Of a stretch of 64,000 bases of DNA, positions 1 through 9,292 are shown piece by piece. The position numbers and the translations under genes are program-made. Within the stretch, counting starts at the first letter, position 1. Each line of letters starts with the position of its first letter. The DNA comes from an uncultured Collinsella sp. (GTDB lineage Bacteria > Actinomycetota > Coriobacteriia > Coriobacteriales > Coriobacteriaceae), in contig UQHS01000001.1 of the NCBI GenBank assembly GCA_900540845.1, positions 51,508 through 115,507 of the forward strand. The letters are read 5' to 3'. The notes under the pieces are model-generated. The model worked only from the letters and a program-made list of their open reading frames with translations. It was not told the DNA's origin and made no database searches.

Positions 1-2
1 AG

Positions 3-179
3 CTCACGGCGGTCGCGACCGACGGCGTGCCCGAGGCCATCGAGGTCGAGGGTCAGCGCTTCTGCTTGGGCGTGCAGTGGCATCCCGAGTACACGTGGCG
101 TACGCTCGAGACGGATTTCAAGCTCTGGCGCGCCTTTGTGGACGCCGCTCGAGGCTGCCGCACATTTGGCGACAGCTGA
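3..179 (+). CDS. C-terminal fragment (5' end outside window) of a class-I glutamine amidotransferase-like / peptidase C26 (gamma-glutamyl hydrolase type) protein
   Basis: Frame-3 translation ...LTAVATDGVPEAIEVEGQRFCLGVQWHPEYTWR... contains the GVQWHPE motif typical of C26/PuuD-type amidotransferases; stop at 177-179. Confidence 0.45.
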   Translation, partial: LTAVATDGVPEAIEVEGQRFCLGVQWHPEYTWRTLETDFKLWRAFVDAARGCRTFGDS

Positions 180-399
180 TTGCTTAGACCGCTCTGTGTA
201 TAGCTGCTGATTCGTCTCTCTGACCTGGAAATATGCAAATAATGCACAGAGTTTTCCGGTGAAATTTTGTCATCTGCTGCAGGTGTCACAAAATGTGCGA
301 CAGCCTCGAGCGGCAGTAATCGGCACGTTCGTTTGCCAATCGGAAACAATTGCATGGCATGATAGCAGCACGCACTCTACTTAAGTAAAGAGGTTTGCC

Positions 400-2046
400 A
401 TGCAGATGATACGTCCCTGGGCTGCTGAATACGACGAATATCGCCGCGATGAGTCGCGAAGTTCGGGCGAGGCGTCGTCGATTTCCTTTCCCACGAGCGA
501 AGCGGAGCTCCGCGCGGCGCTTGCGGAGCTCGATCCCGCGGAACCCGTCACGGTTCAGGGCGCCCGCACGGGCCTGGCGGGCGGGGCGGTCCCGCACGGG
601 GGTCATGTCGTCAGCCTTGTTCGCATGAACGCATGCAAAGGTTTGCGCCAAGGGCCCGACGGAGCGTTTTTCCTCACGGTCGAGCCGGGCGTGGTGCTTT
701 CGGAGCTGCGTCGTCACCTGCATGCCAAAAGCCTGCCGACCCACGGATGGGACGATGCGTCGCGCGCCGCGCTGGCGGCGCTGTATGCAGGCCCCGAGCA
801 GTTTTTCCCGACGGACCCCACGGAGACGTCGGCCTGCCTGGGCGGCATGGCCGCGTGCAACGCCTCGGGCGCACGAAGTTACCGCTACGGTCCCATGCGC
901 CCGCACGTGAGCGGCTTGCGCGTGATGCTTGCAAACGGGGAGACGGTGGCGCTACGTCGAGGCGAGGTGCGTGCGCAGGGCCGCACGCTCTACCTCGCGA
1001 CGGAGCAAGGCACCGAGTACAATCTGGACCTCCCGACCTATGTCATGCCGCGGGCGAAAAACGCGTCGGGCTACTTCGTCGAGGACGACATGGACGCCGT
1101 CGATTTGTTCATCGGTTCGGACGGAACGCTCGGCATCATCACCGAGCTCGAACTCGCCTTGCGACCCGCGTCACGGGTGATGTGGGGCGTGAACTGCTTT
1201 TTTGAGGACGAGGCGCTGGCGCTGGACTTTGTCGTGCGCACTCGTCCCGCCCTCGCCTGCGCGAGCGCGATCGAGTATTTCGACGGTGCCGCGCTCGATA
1301 TTCTGCGCGTGACGCGCACGGATGGAGCCGCCTTCGCGTCGTTGCCCGCGGTGCCGGAGGCGTATCGCGCATGCGTGTTTGTGGAGTTGGAATGCGATGA
1401 CGAGGCCCGCGCGATGGAAGCGTTGCGTGAACTGGGCTCGCTGGTGCAGGCGGTGGGTGGACGCGAGGAGGACACGTGGGTCGCGCGCACCGACGTGGAC
1501 CGCGAGCGCCAGCGCCTATTCCGCCATGCCGTGCCGGAATGCGTCAACATGCTCATCGACCGACGGCGCCGCGTGACGCCGTCCATCACCAAGCTCGGGT
1601 CGGATATGTCGGTGCCCGACGAGCGCCTGCATGACGTCGTGCAGCTGTATCGTTGCACGATCGCCGAGGCGGGGCTCGAGTCCGCCGCCTGGGGCCATAT
1701 CGGGAACAACCACCTGCACGTGAACATCCTGCCGCGGGACGAGCGAGATTTTGCCGCCGGCAAGGAGCTGTTCCGCATGTGGGCCCGTGAGGTCACCGCC
1801 ATGGGCGGCGCGGTATCCGCGGAGCATGGTGTAGGCAAGCTCAAGCGCGATTTCCTACTCACTATGTACGGTGCCGCGCACGTCGATGAGATGGCGCGCC
1901 TCAAGGTGGCGCTCGATCCTGCGGGGCGACTCAACCGAGGAAACCTCTTTGACGAGGGGCGCCTTGATGAGGCGGTTCGCGCTGCTGGTGTGTGCGGTTG
2001 CGCGGAGGCGCGCGATACGGGCGAAGACGAGGAGGTCGCGCGATGA
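400..2046 (+). CDS. FAD-linked oxidase (GlcD / D-lactate dehydrogenase family), probable LctD-like lactate dehydrogenase partner of the downstream EtfBA
   Basis: 548 aa; N-terminal FAD-binding PCMH-type motif (VQGARTGLAGGAVP) and C-terminal FAD-oxidase C domain (HVNILP...HGVGKLKR); stop overlaps the etfB start (ATGA). Confidence 0.8.
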   Translation: MQMIRPWAAEYDEYRRDESRSSGEASSISFPTSEAELRAALAELDPAEPVTVQGARTGLAGGAVPHGGHVVSLVRMNACKGLRQGPDGAFFLTVEPGVVLSELRRHLHAKSLPTHGWDDASRAALAALYAGPEQFFPTDPTETSACLGGMAACNASGARSYRYGPMRPHVSGLRVMLANGETVALRRGEVRAQGRTLYLATEQGTEYNLDLPTYVMPRAKNASGYFVEDDMDAVDLFIGSDGTLGIITELELALRPASRVMWGVNCFFEDEALALDFVVRTRPALACASAIEYFDGAALDILRVTRTDGAAFASLPAVPEAYRACVFVELECDDEARAMEALRELGSLVQAVGGREEDTWVARTDVDRERQRLFRHAVPECVNMLIDRRRRVTPSITKLGSDMSVPDERLHDVVQLYRCTIAEAGLESAAWGHIGNNHLHVNILPRDERDFAAGKELFRMWAREVTAMGGAVSAEHGVGKLKRDFLLTMYGAAHVDEMARLKVALDPAGRLNRGNLFDEGRLDEAVRAAGVCGCAEARDTGEDEEVAR

Positions 2047-2840
2047 AGATCGTCGTTTGCATCAAGGCGGTGCCCGGCAGCACCGAGGTCAAGATGGACC
2101 CCAAGACCCACACCATCATTCGCGATGGCGGCGAGTCGGTGATCAATCCGTTTGACGCCGCCGCCCTCGAAGTGGCCTTGCGCATCAAGGACACACGCGT
2201 GGCGGCGGGCGAGGAGTGCTCGGTGACGGTGCTGTCCATGGGGATTCCCGCGACCGAGAAACTGCTGCGCGACTGCATCGCGCGTGGGGCGGATGCGGGC
2301 CTGTTGCTGTCGGACCGCGCGTTCGCCGGTGCGGACACCCTCGCCACCACCTATGCCTTAACCTGCGGCGTTGCCCATATCGGAGCTCCCGACCTGGTGT
2401 TGTGCGGAAAGATGGCGGTCGACGGGGATACGGCGCAGATCGGCCCCGAGCTGGCCGGTGCCCTGCGGACGCCCTGCGCGACGGGGGTTGTGGCCCTGGA
2501 TTCGGTTGGCCCGCGCAGCGTGGCGGTGAGGCGCGAGTCGGACGCCGGCGTGGCGTCGGTGGAACTGCCTTTGCCCGCCGTGCTCACGGTGGCGAAAGAC
2601 GTGGCCGAGCTTCGCATGGCGAGCATCGCCGGCATCTGTGCGGCGGAATCGGTGAAGATTCCCATGCTCTCCGCTGCGGCGGTTGGCGCGGACACGGCAC
2701 GGACGGGTCTTTCGGGCTCCCCGACGCAGGTCGTGCGCTCGTTTGTGCCCGAGCGCGATGAGCAAGGGGTCGAGATTGCCGGCGATGCCGCCACCCAGGC
2801 GACGGCGCTCGCCGAGATATTGAGGGGGATGGCGCTGTGA
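2043..2840 (+). CDS. etfB: electron transfer flavoprotein beta subunit
   Basis: MKIVVCIKAVPGSTEVKMDPKTHTIIRDGGESVINPFD is a canonical EtfB N-terminus; the ATG at 2043 overlaps the upstream stop; the ORF-track start at 1992 is an upstream extension. Confidence 0.85.
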   Translation: MKIVVCIKAVPGSTEVKMDPKTHTIIRDGGESVINPFDAAALEVALRIKDTRVAAGEECSVTVLSMGIPATEKLLRDCIARGADAGLLLSDRAFAGADTLATTYALTCGVAHIGAPDLVLCGKMAVDGDTAQIGPELAGALRTPCATGVVALDSVGPRSVAVRRESDAGVASVELPLPAVLTVAKDVAELRMASIAGICAAESVKIPMLSAAAVGADTARTGLSGSPTQVVRSFVPERDEQGVEIAGDAATQATALAEILRGMAL

Positions 2841-4048
2841 GTGGACTGCGAATTGATGCTGAGGCCTGCATCGGCTGTGCGCGGTGCGTGCGCGCTTGTG
2901 GAAATGCGGGCATTGAGGTGGAGGGCCCTCGCGGAGCCCGTAAAGCCCATGTGACAGATGGCTGCATCTTGTGCGGCGCATGCGTGGACGCGTGCCCGGT
3001 GGGGGCGATTGCCGTTGAGCGCGAGGGGCACTGCGACGCGCCCGATCTCGCCGCATACCGTGACTACTGGGTGTTTGTGCAGCTCGGTGACGATGGGAAG
3101 CCGCTCGATGTCGTCTTTGAGCTCATGGGGAAAGCGCGAGAGCTCGCCAGCGCGCGTGGGTGCCGTGTGGTGGCGCTGCTTGCCGAGGGCGCCTGTGGGG
3201 ATGCGGCATCGTCCACCCACGGCAATGCCGAGCGCCTCATCGCGGCCGGTGCGGATGAGGTCGTTCGCTGTCGAGACGGGCGTTTCGCAGGCTTTGATGC
3301 CGAGGTCTATGCCGAATGGATCTGCGCGCTGGTGCGCGAGCGCAAGCCCGAGGCGCTGCTCTACGGTGCAACGGTTTTTGGCCGTGAGCTCGCGCCGGCC
3401 GTGGCGATTCGCCTCCAGACGGGCCTCACCGCCGACTGCACGGTGCTCACGATCGATCCCGAGACGGGCTTGCTGCGGCAGACGCGTCCCGCGTTTGGCG
3501 GCAATCTCATGGCGACCATCGTGTGCCCCGCTCATCGCCCCCAGATGGCGACGGTGCGTCCGGGCGTGTTCTGTGCACCTCCATGTGACGAGACGCGCGG
3601 CGGAGTGATTTCCGATGTCGCGCTTGACGCCTCGGTCAGACCGCGCGTACGCCTCGTTGGGATCGAGCGTGCCTCGGCGGCAGATTCCATCACCGATGCG
3701 GATGTCCTTGTTATCGTGGGCCGCGGAATCGGCTCGAAGAAAAACCTCGGCATCGCGCGCGAGCTTGCGGAGGCGCTGGGAGGAAAGCTGGGGTGCACGA
3801 GGCCGATTGTCGAGGCGGGTTGGTGCGAATCTTGGCAGCAGGTGGGGCAGACGGGCGTATCTGTGGCGCCGCGCCTGCTCATAAGCCTGGGCGTTTCGGG
3901 CGCCATCCAACATGTGGCGGGCATTTCCGGCGCGCAGACCATGATCGCCGTCAACGAGGATCCGGATGCCCCTATTTTTTCGTCCGCTCAGTACAAGGTC
4001 GTAGGCGATTGCGTTAAAGTCGCCGAGGAGCTGCTGGCTCGGCTATGA
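2837..4048 (+). CDS. etfA: electron transfer flavoprotein alpha subunit with N-terminal 2x[4Fe-4S] ferredoxin domain (LctC-like)
   Basis: N-terminus has two CxxCxxCxxxCP clusters (CIGCARCVRAC..., CILCGACVDACP); the rest is the EtfA FAD-binding fold (IVGRGIG...LISLGVSGAIQH); GTG start overlaps the etfB stop (GTGA). Confidence 0.85.
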   Translation: MSGLRIDAEACIGCARCVRACGNAGIEVEGPRGARKAHVTDGCILCGACVDACPVGAIAVEREGHCDAPDLAAYRDYWVFVQLGDDGKPLDVVFELMGKARELASARGCRVVALLAEGACGDAASSTHGNAERLIAAGADEVVRCRDGRFAGFDAEVYAEWICALVRERKPEALLYGATVFGRELAPAVAIRLQTGLTADCTVLTIDPETGLLRQTRPAFGGNLMATIVCPAHRPQMATVRPGVFCAPPCDETRGGVISDVALDASVRPRVRLVGIERASAADSITDADVLVIVGRGIGSKKNLGIARELAEALGGKLGCTRPIVEAGWCESWQQVGQTGVSVAPRLLISLGVSGAIQHVAGISGAQTMIAVNEDPDAPIFSSAQYKVVGDCVKVAEELLARL

Positions 4049-4106
4049 CAAAGCAGGCGACGGGGCCTCATTTTGCCCCACGTGCGCGGAGCCGCCAGCT
4101 CTTAGT

Positions 4107-4484
4107 TTACGCGCCGCAGGCACCCTCGCCCTTGGAAAGAAGCTCGTCGTAATGAGCTATTTTGTAGTCGAGGCGGTCAAGCCCCTCCTGAATGCGGTCA
4201 AGGCGCGCGCGGGCCTCGTCGCGCTGCTCGATGAGGATTTGCTTGCGCGCCTCGAGCGTCGCGTCGCCTTCGTCAAGAAGTTGCATGTACTCGATAAGCG
4301 CCTCGATGGAGACGTTCGCTCCGCGCATGCACTTGACGAAGGAGATGCGCGCGCAATCCTCCTCGCTGTAGTCGCGCACGCCGCTGGCGTTGCGGCGCAC
4401 GGGGCGCAACAGCCCGATACGCTCGTAGTAGCGCAAGGTGTCGGCGCTCAGGCCGTATGCTTCAGCGACTTCTGCGATGCGCAT
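4107..4484 (-). CDS. MerR-family transcriptional regulator
   Basis: MRIAEVAEAYGLSADTLRYYERIGLL is a MerR HTH signature; 125 aa with a C-terminal coiled-coil effector region. Confidence 0.8.
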   Translation of the reverse strand: MRIAEVAEAYGLSADTLRYYERIGLLRPVRRNASGVRDYSEEDCARISFVKCMRGANVSIEALIEYMQLLDEGDATLEARKQILIEQRDEARARLDRIQEGLDRLDYKIAHYDELLSKGEGACGA

Positions 4485-4673
4485 GGCAGCTCCTTTGGTT
4501 GGGTGAGTTCAGCATCGTAATCCTACGACTTGGAGTGGGCTTCAGGGCAAGTGTTTGCGCGCAAGCCCTGCGGCGCGCTGCGCCATTGACGGAAAGATAT
4601 GGTTAGGGGTGCGAAGAAGGGGTAGGACAAGACTATGCCCACGAGATGGCTGTCCACGTTGAAAGGGGAGGTC

Positions 4674-4913
4674 ATGTCTATTGATACGTTGTTCTTCGTG
4701 CTGCTGCTGGCGGTGTGCGGTATTGCCGGTTACCTGGCCATTCCGCGCGTGATGCGCAAATGGTCCGTGGCAACCAAGCCCGCCGACGAGCGTCTCGAGT
4801 ACTCTGCCCACATGGGCCAAGAGGTCGACCGCGGACCGTCCTCGCCGGCTCCGAAGGAGCGCGAGCGCGCTGGCCACCGCGAGCTTGAAGACACCCCGAT
4901 TCGCCAGCTGTAA
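4674..4913 (+). CDS. small membrane protein (one TM helix), function unknown
   Basis: Strong RBS (GAAAGGGGAGG) 5 nt before the ATG at 4674; MSIDTLFFVLLLAVCGIAGYLAIPRV hydrophobic helix; 80 aa. Confidence 0.4.
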   Translation: MSIDTLFFVLLLAVCGIAGYLAIPRVMRKWSVATKPADERLEYSAHMGQEVDRGPSSPAPKERERAGHRELEDTPIRQL

Positions 4914-4932
4914 GCTGCAGCACCGATAGCTA

Positions 4933-4970
4933 CATGAGGGCCGCCGGCAGATGTCGGTGGCCCTCATGTT
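4933..4970. terminator. bidirectional intrinsic terminator hairpin
   Basis: 10-bp perfect stem CATGAGGGCC...GGCCCTCATG with a 16-nt loop followed by TTTG; lies between convergent genes. Confidence 0.55.
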
Positions 4971-5017
4971 TGAACATCGGAACATCGGACCAAGTCCAGA
5001 AGTACCCTGTTCACTCG

Positions 5018-5746
5018 CTACGGCTCGATGACGACCTCGCGGTGATCGGCGGTGACGAGCTCCTTGACCGCAATGGTCGCGCCGAGGTGCGCCTCGACGA
5101 GACCGGCGAGCTCCTCGGTTGCCGCGCGACAGTCGTCAACGCGCTCGGGGTCTACGCACTCAACGATGAGGAAGGCGTTGCGCGTGTTGTCGGTCAGCGC
5201 GGTTCGCACGCCGTCGCGCCAATTCCAGCAGCGGCACACGGCGCCGGCGTCATCAAGGTAGGCGAGCTCGCCGGGGAGCGTTGGGTCGTCTTGCGCGCCC
5301 TCGCCCAAAGGCAGGAAGGCGTCGCCTCCCTCCGTGATGCACAGACGCAGGTCGCCTTGGAACGTGTCGATGTCTTCGCCGCCCAGCGGCAGCGCATATT
5401 TGAGCGAGATGGCGTTGTAGATGTCGACCGAGGGCGAAATCGAGCCCACCGGGTTGCCCTTGAGCACGCGCTTGAGCAGATTCTCGATGGAACAGCGGGC
5501 TCCGCGCTTGGTCTTGAACTGCTGGTACGCCTGACGCCACACGCGAATCGGGGCATTGTCGGAGAGCGTGGGAGATTCCAGATGGCGCTCGGCGAGGGCG
5601 TTGGCGCGGGAGAGCAGCGCCTCGATTTCGCTCGTCGTCTCGGGGACGATGTCGTCTGCCGCCTTAATGCCCTGGGCGACGACGACGCCAAACGACGCGC
5701 CGGGAAACAGCTCCCAAAACGAATCTTCGGTCACAAATCGCTTCAT
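5018..5746 (-). CDS. B3/4 domain-containing protein (tRNA-binding-like)
   Basis: 242 aa starting MKRFVTEDSFWELFPGASFGVVVAQGIK...; pattern resembles the Pfam B3_4 family; the ORF-track start at 5791 is an upstream extension. Confidence 0.55.
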   Translation of the reverse strand: MKRFVTEDSFWELFPGASFGVVVAQGIKAADDIVPETTSEIEALLSRANALAERHLESPTLSDNAPIRVWRQAYQQFKTKRGARCSIENLLKRVLKGNPVGSISPSVDIYNAISLKYALPLGGEDIDTFQGDLRLCITEGGDAFLPLGEGAQDDPTLPGELAYLDDAGAVCRCWNWRDGVRTALTDNTRNAFLIVECVDPERVDDCRAATEELAGLVEAHLGATIAVKELVTADHREVVIEP

Positions 5747-5879
5747 AAGCTCCTCCTGAAAAAAATGCCCACCTACAGGCCGCCTTCTCATGTCCTACGG
5801 TGCCTGCACGTGAGCGTGTACGCGCTGCCCCCATCCGGAGAAGGGGGCGATATGTCTGACGTGTATTGTACTGCTGAAA

Positions 5880-6276
5880 CGATGGCTCGTAAATCCGCGC
5901 GCTGGGCATCTCGAACTGCTATGCATGGCAGCTCGCCGAGGCAAATGCCCTCGCCCGCGCCAACGGATGGACGCTCGATGCGTATGCACATGGCAAGTAC
6001 GACGCGACGGCGGATGTCGACGCCCCAATTATCCAGGCGGTTGCGGGTATCGCCCAGGCACGCGGCGTGAGCATGACGGAGGTCGCCCTGGCGTGGCTGC
6101 TCACCAAGGTGAGCGCCCCGGTGGTTGGCGCCACCAAACCCCATCACATCGAGGGCGCCGTGCACGCTTGTGGGTTGGAGCTCACATCCGAGGAGATCGA
6201 AGCCATCGAGGCCCCGTACGTCCCGCACGCCGTGGTGGGCGTTGTTGCCGAGAACCGCCCGCCGATGCTGCGCTAG
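5880..6276 (+). pseudogene. C-terminal remnant of an aldo/keto reductase (N-terminal two-thirds missing)
   Basis: Open frame after a TAA translates to ...IAQARGVSMTEVALAWLLTKVSAPVVGATKPHHIEGAVHACGLELTSEEIEAIEAPY, a canonical AKR C-terminus; no start codon or N-terminal (beta/alpha)8 portion; the upstream space is occupied by the opposite-strand B3/4 gene. Confidence 0.5.
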
Positions 6277-6305
6277 CGGCCGGGCTAACGAAAGGGGAAA
6301 CCGAG

Positions 6306-6560
6306 ATGGCAAAGACGCTGTACCTTATGAGACACGGGCAGACGATGCTCAACAAGCAAAGGCGCATCCAGGGGTGGTTTGACTCCCCGCTCACCGAGCT
6401 TGGCCGCTATCAGGCTCGTGGGGCGGGCGCCGAGCTCCAGCGCCGCGGCGTGAAGTTCGACCGCGCCATTTGCTCCACGAGCGAGCGATGCTCCGACACG
6501 CTTGAGCTCGTGTTTGACGGTATGGAGCTCCCGGTTATGCCCTATGCTCGCCTGTGGCCG
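6306..6560 (+). pseudogene. N-terminal fragment of a histidine phosphatase (phosphoglycerate mutase / CobC-like family); the rest of the fold is missing
   Basis: MAKTLYLMRHGQTMLNKQRRIQGWFDSPLTELG (RHG catalytic motif) ...ICSTSERCSDTLELV, then after ...PYARL the translation becomes nonsense in all frames; RBS AAAGGGGAAACC upstream. Confidence 0.5.
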
Positions 6561-6689
6561 CGCGCATCGCTTCACGCGCGTCTTGCGCGAAGCGCCTGTG
6601 TGCAATCCCGCGTCATACGCTATCATGTGCCAGAAATAACAATGGCTCGGTGGATGGTGCGGAGACGCACGGCCGCGCGCGGGGTGCCC

Positions 6690-6835
6690 GCATGCGGTCA
6701 GGAGAATCGGGGTGCAAATCCCCGGCTATTCCAGTAACCGTGATTCCCACGTATGCGAAGGTTGCGTCGCAGATCGGACGGCGTGCGCATGCGGTAAAAG
6801 GATGAGTCGGATCGCCTCTCTACCTGCAAACGCCC
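6690..6835 (+). promoter_or_regulatory. candidate cobalamin (B12) riboswitch in the 5' leader of the DUF4430/beta-propeller gene
   Basis: AGGAGAATCGGGGTGCAAATCCCCGGC...CCAGTAACCG...GAAGG...GAGTCGGATCGCC...ACCTGC follows the order of the conserved cobalamin-riboswitch blocks (AGGGAA, GGTG.AAATCC, GC, CCACTGTAA, GGGAAGG, B12 box AGTCAGGAGACCTGCC), but the B12 box is degenerate. Confidence 0.35.
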
Positions 6836-6874
6836 AAAGGGATGGGCGGGGCCCTGGGAGAAGGGGGCATCTGG

Positions 6875-9280
6875 ATGGCCAGAACCCGTAGGGCGGCGCT
6901 GGGTCGCCAAAGTATTGTTCGCCGCATGTTGGTTGCGGTGCTCACGTGCGCAATGGTAATGGGGCAGGTGCCCTCCGCGGCGTTTGCCGAGGGTTTGAGC
7001 GCGGATTCGCTGTTCGCTGCGGATGCGTTGCCCGGTGACGCGGCGACGGACGTGCCTGCAGGGCAGGCGGAGGTTTCCGAAGGGCGCGAAGAAGGGCACG
7101 ACGAGGCAAAGACGGCGGATGCCGAGGTCGCGGATGCCGGAGTCTCGGGTGCCGAGGGTGCTGAGGGCTCAGATGGCGCGGGGGCCGAGGCTGCGGACGT
7201 CGAGAGCTCGGGTGCTGCGAAGTCCGACGAGCCGGATGCCGTCGGCGCAGGCGAGGTGGATGTCGCGGGTGTCGATGGGCAGGATGCTGCGGGTGCAAAC
7301 GATGCGGATGCCGAGCCGGGCGCTGGGTACGTTGATGAACTTGTCGCGGCGGCAGACGCCAACACAGTTGATATCTCCATCTCGGTGATTGGCCCTGACG
7401 CGAATGGCAGAGAAGTTTTGTGGGCGAGTAACACCACGATGGAGGTCGAGCGCGGACTGCATGCCTCAGATGCATCCGTTCTGCTGTTCAAGCAGGAGGG
7501 GCTCGAGGCGGATTATGGTGAAGGGCCTTATGGCTGGTATCTCAGCACCATTACCTCGCCCTATACGGGTGAGAAGCTCGGCTGGGATCAGGCGACGAGC
7601 AAGTACTGGCGGTTGTTTGTCAACGGGGAACTGTCCCAAGTTGGCGCGGGCGGGGTGCAGCTCAACTCGGGCGATGTCATCACGTGGTCGTATTCCGCAG
7701 ACACCCTGAGCTCCCCCGATATGCCACCGGTGATTTCGAAGCCCGACGCTCCGCGTCCCGATTGGGATAGTGCGTGGCCGGGATATGCGAGCGGGTCGAA
7801 TACCGCGGCGCCCACGCCTACGGGCGAGACGAAGGAATCGTGGGTTGCCCAGATAAAAGATCCTACCGACTGGACCACGAACGTGTCCGATCCCATCTAC
7901 GTCGGCGATAGCGTGTACATCGCGGCTGGGTCAAAGCTGCTGCAGATCGATGCAAAGACGGGCGAGACCGTGCACGAGGGCACTCTCGTGGCGCCCATCA
8001 ACTCTATCGCCCGCATGGTGTATGTGGGCGGTCGTATCATCGTTCCACTTTCGAACGGGCGTCTTCAGGCCCTGACGGCCGACCATCTCATCACGACGTG
8101 GATGACGCCCGAGCTTCTGCCAAATGCACAGGGCGGCGCTCATCAGTCTCTGACTACCCTGACGCTCGGCGACGGCTGCGTGTATTACGGCACCGCTTCG
8201 GCGGACTGGAATGCTTCGTACGGCGGGTTCCTCAGGTGCATCGATGTCCAGACGGGCAAGGTTATTTGGAGCCAGGAGAATACGACAACGGGGTATTACT
8301 GGTCGGGCGCGGCGCTTGCCGGCTTGTACGTGGTGATTGGTGACGATTCGGGCGCGGTTATCGCTCGGAATGCCAAGACGGGCGCGGAGGTCTCGCGCGT
8401 TGACGTAGGGGCCCGGGTGCGGGCGACCGTCGTGACGAGCGACGGCGGCAAGACTCTGTTTGCGGTGAGCTCGGATGGCGTGCTGCATCGACTTTCCCTG
8501 AGCGATGCCGGCGTTTTGAGCGAGACGGGCAAGGTGAAGTTCGCGGAGAGCTCCACATGCACCCCGACCGTTTCGGGTGGAAAGATCTTCGTGGGCGGCG
8601 CTACGAAGCCATTCGGCGTGTTGGCCGTGATCGACGCGGCCACCCTTTCTGTGGACACACAAGTGACCAGCGCAGACGGTGTCGAGCTGTCCGGTGCGGG
8701 TATGGATATCAAGAGCGCCCCCGTCGTATCCGTTCAAAATGGCGAGACGTACGTGTACTTCACGGCGAATTGCAACCCCGGGGGTGTCTATCGCTACCGC
8801 CTTGGGGACACAGATGCGAGTCTCATCTACACCCCCGATGCAAGCCATCAGAATTACTGCATGGCATCGATCACGGTCGGCCCCGACGGAACGCTGTATT
8901 ACGTAAACGATTCGGGAGCCCTGTTCGCAGTTGGTTCGGTTCGGTCTGAGGGCGGCAACCAGGGCGGTTCGGGTTCCGACCACGCGCCGTCGCCGGATAA
9001 GAGCCCTGCTGGCAGCCCTATCTCCTCTGCAAAACAGCCCCTCAAAGACACCGAGAAGGCCGTGACGGATGACAAGCGAGCGGAGGATGAAGCCTCAGCG
9101 GCAGACACGGCAAAGACGGAGGAAAGTGCGTCGGCACGCGCGACGAGCAAGGGCTCCGCGTCCAATGCCAAGAATATGGCGGGAGCCTTCCTCGCCATTG
9201 TCTTACCGATTGCGGGAATCGCAGCAGGAACGGTTGGTCTGGCTGGAATCGCTTATTGGCTGATCCGCCGTCGTCGCTAG
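6875..9280 (+). CDS. cell-surface protein: signal peptide, acidic low-complexity linker, DUF4430 (transcobalamin-like) domain, PQQ-like beta-propeller, Ser/Ala/Asp-rich stalk, C-terminal TM anchor
   Basis: RBS GGGAGAAGGGGG before the ATG at 6875; signal peptide MARTRRAALGRQSIVRRMLVAVLTCAMVMGQVPSAAFA; DUF4430-like block VDISISVIGPDANG...YWRLFVNGELSQVGAGGVQLNSGDVITWSY; repeated PQQ-type blades (...LLQIDAKTGETVHEG..., ...CIDVQTGKVIWSQ..., ...IARNAKTGAEVSR...); C-terminal GAFLAIVLPIAGIAAGTVGLAGIAYWLIRRRR. Confidence 0.75.
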   Translation: MARTRRAALGRQSIVRRMLVAVLTCAMVMGQVPSAAFAEGLSADSLFAADALPGDAATDVPAGQAEVSEGREEGHDEAKTADAEVADAGVSGAEGAEGSDGAGAEAADVESSGAAKSDEPDAVGAGEVDVAGVDGQDAAGANDADAEPGAGYVDELVAAADANTVDISISVIGPDANGREVLWASNTTMEVERGLHASDASVLLFKQEGLEADYGEGPYGWYLSTITSPYTGEKLGWDQATSKYWRLFVNGELSQVGAGGVQLNSGDVITWSYSADTLSSPDMPPVISKPDAPRPDWDSAWPGYASGSNTAAPTPTGETKESWVAQIKDPTDWTTNVSDPIYVGDSVYIAAGSKLLQIDAKTGETVHEGTLVAPINSIARMVYVGGRIIVPLSNGRLQALTADHLITTWMTPELLPNAQGGAHQSLTTLTLGDGCVYYGTASADWNASYGGFLRCIDVQTGKVIWSQENTTTGYYWSGAALAGLYVVIGDDSGAVIARNAKTGAEVSRVDVGARVRATVVTSDGGKTLFAVSSDGVLHRLSLSDAGVLSETGKVKFAESSTCTPTVSGGKIFVGGATKPFGVLAVIDAATLSVDTQVTSADGVELSGAGMDIKSAPVVSVQNGETYVYFTANCNPGGVYRYRLGDTDASLIYTPDASHQNYCMASITVGPDGTLYYVNDSGALFAVGSVRSEGGNQGGSGSDHAPSPDKSPAGSPISSAKQPLKDTEKAVTDDKRAEDEASAADTAKTEESASARATSKGSASNAKNMAGAFLAIVLPIAGIAAGTVGLAGIAYWLIRRRR

Positions 9281-9292
9281 GTGTGAGGAGGG

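Noticed and set aside
53-355. 100-aa minus-strand ORF at the window start, and other small ORFs overlapping the lctD upstream region
   Set aside because: Overlaps the C26-hydrolase 3' end and promoter region; no motifs; composition typical of spurious high-GC ORFs
6842-6874. ORF-track start at 6842 for the surface protein
   Set aside because: No RBS; the ATG at 6875 has GGGAGAAGGGGG 8 nt upstream and begins a textbook signal peptide
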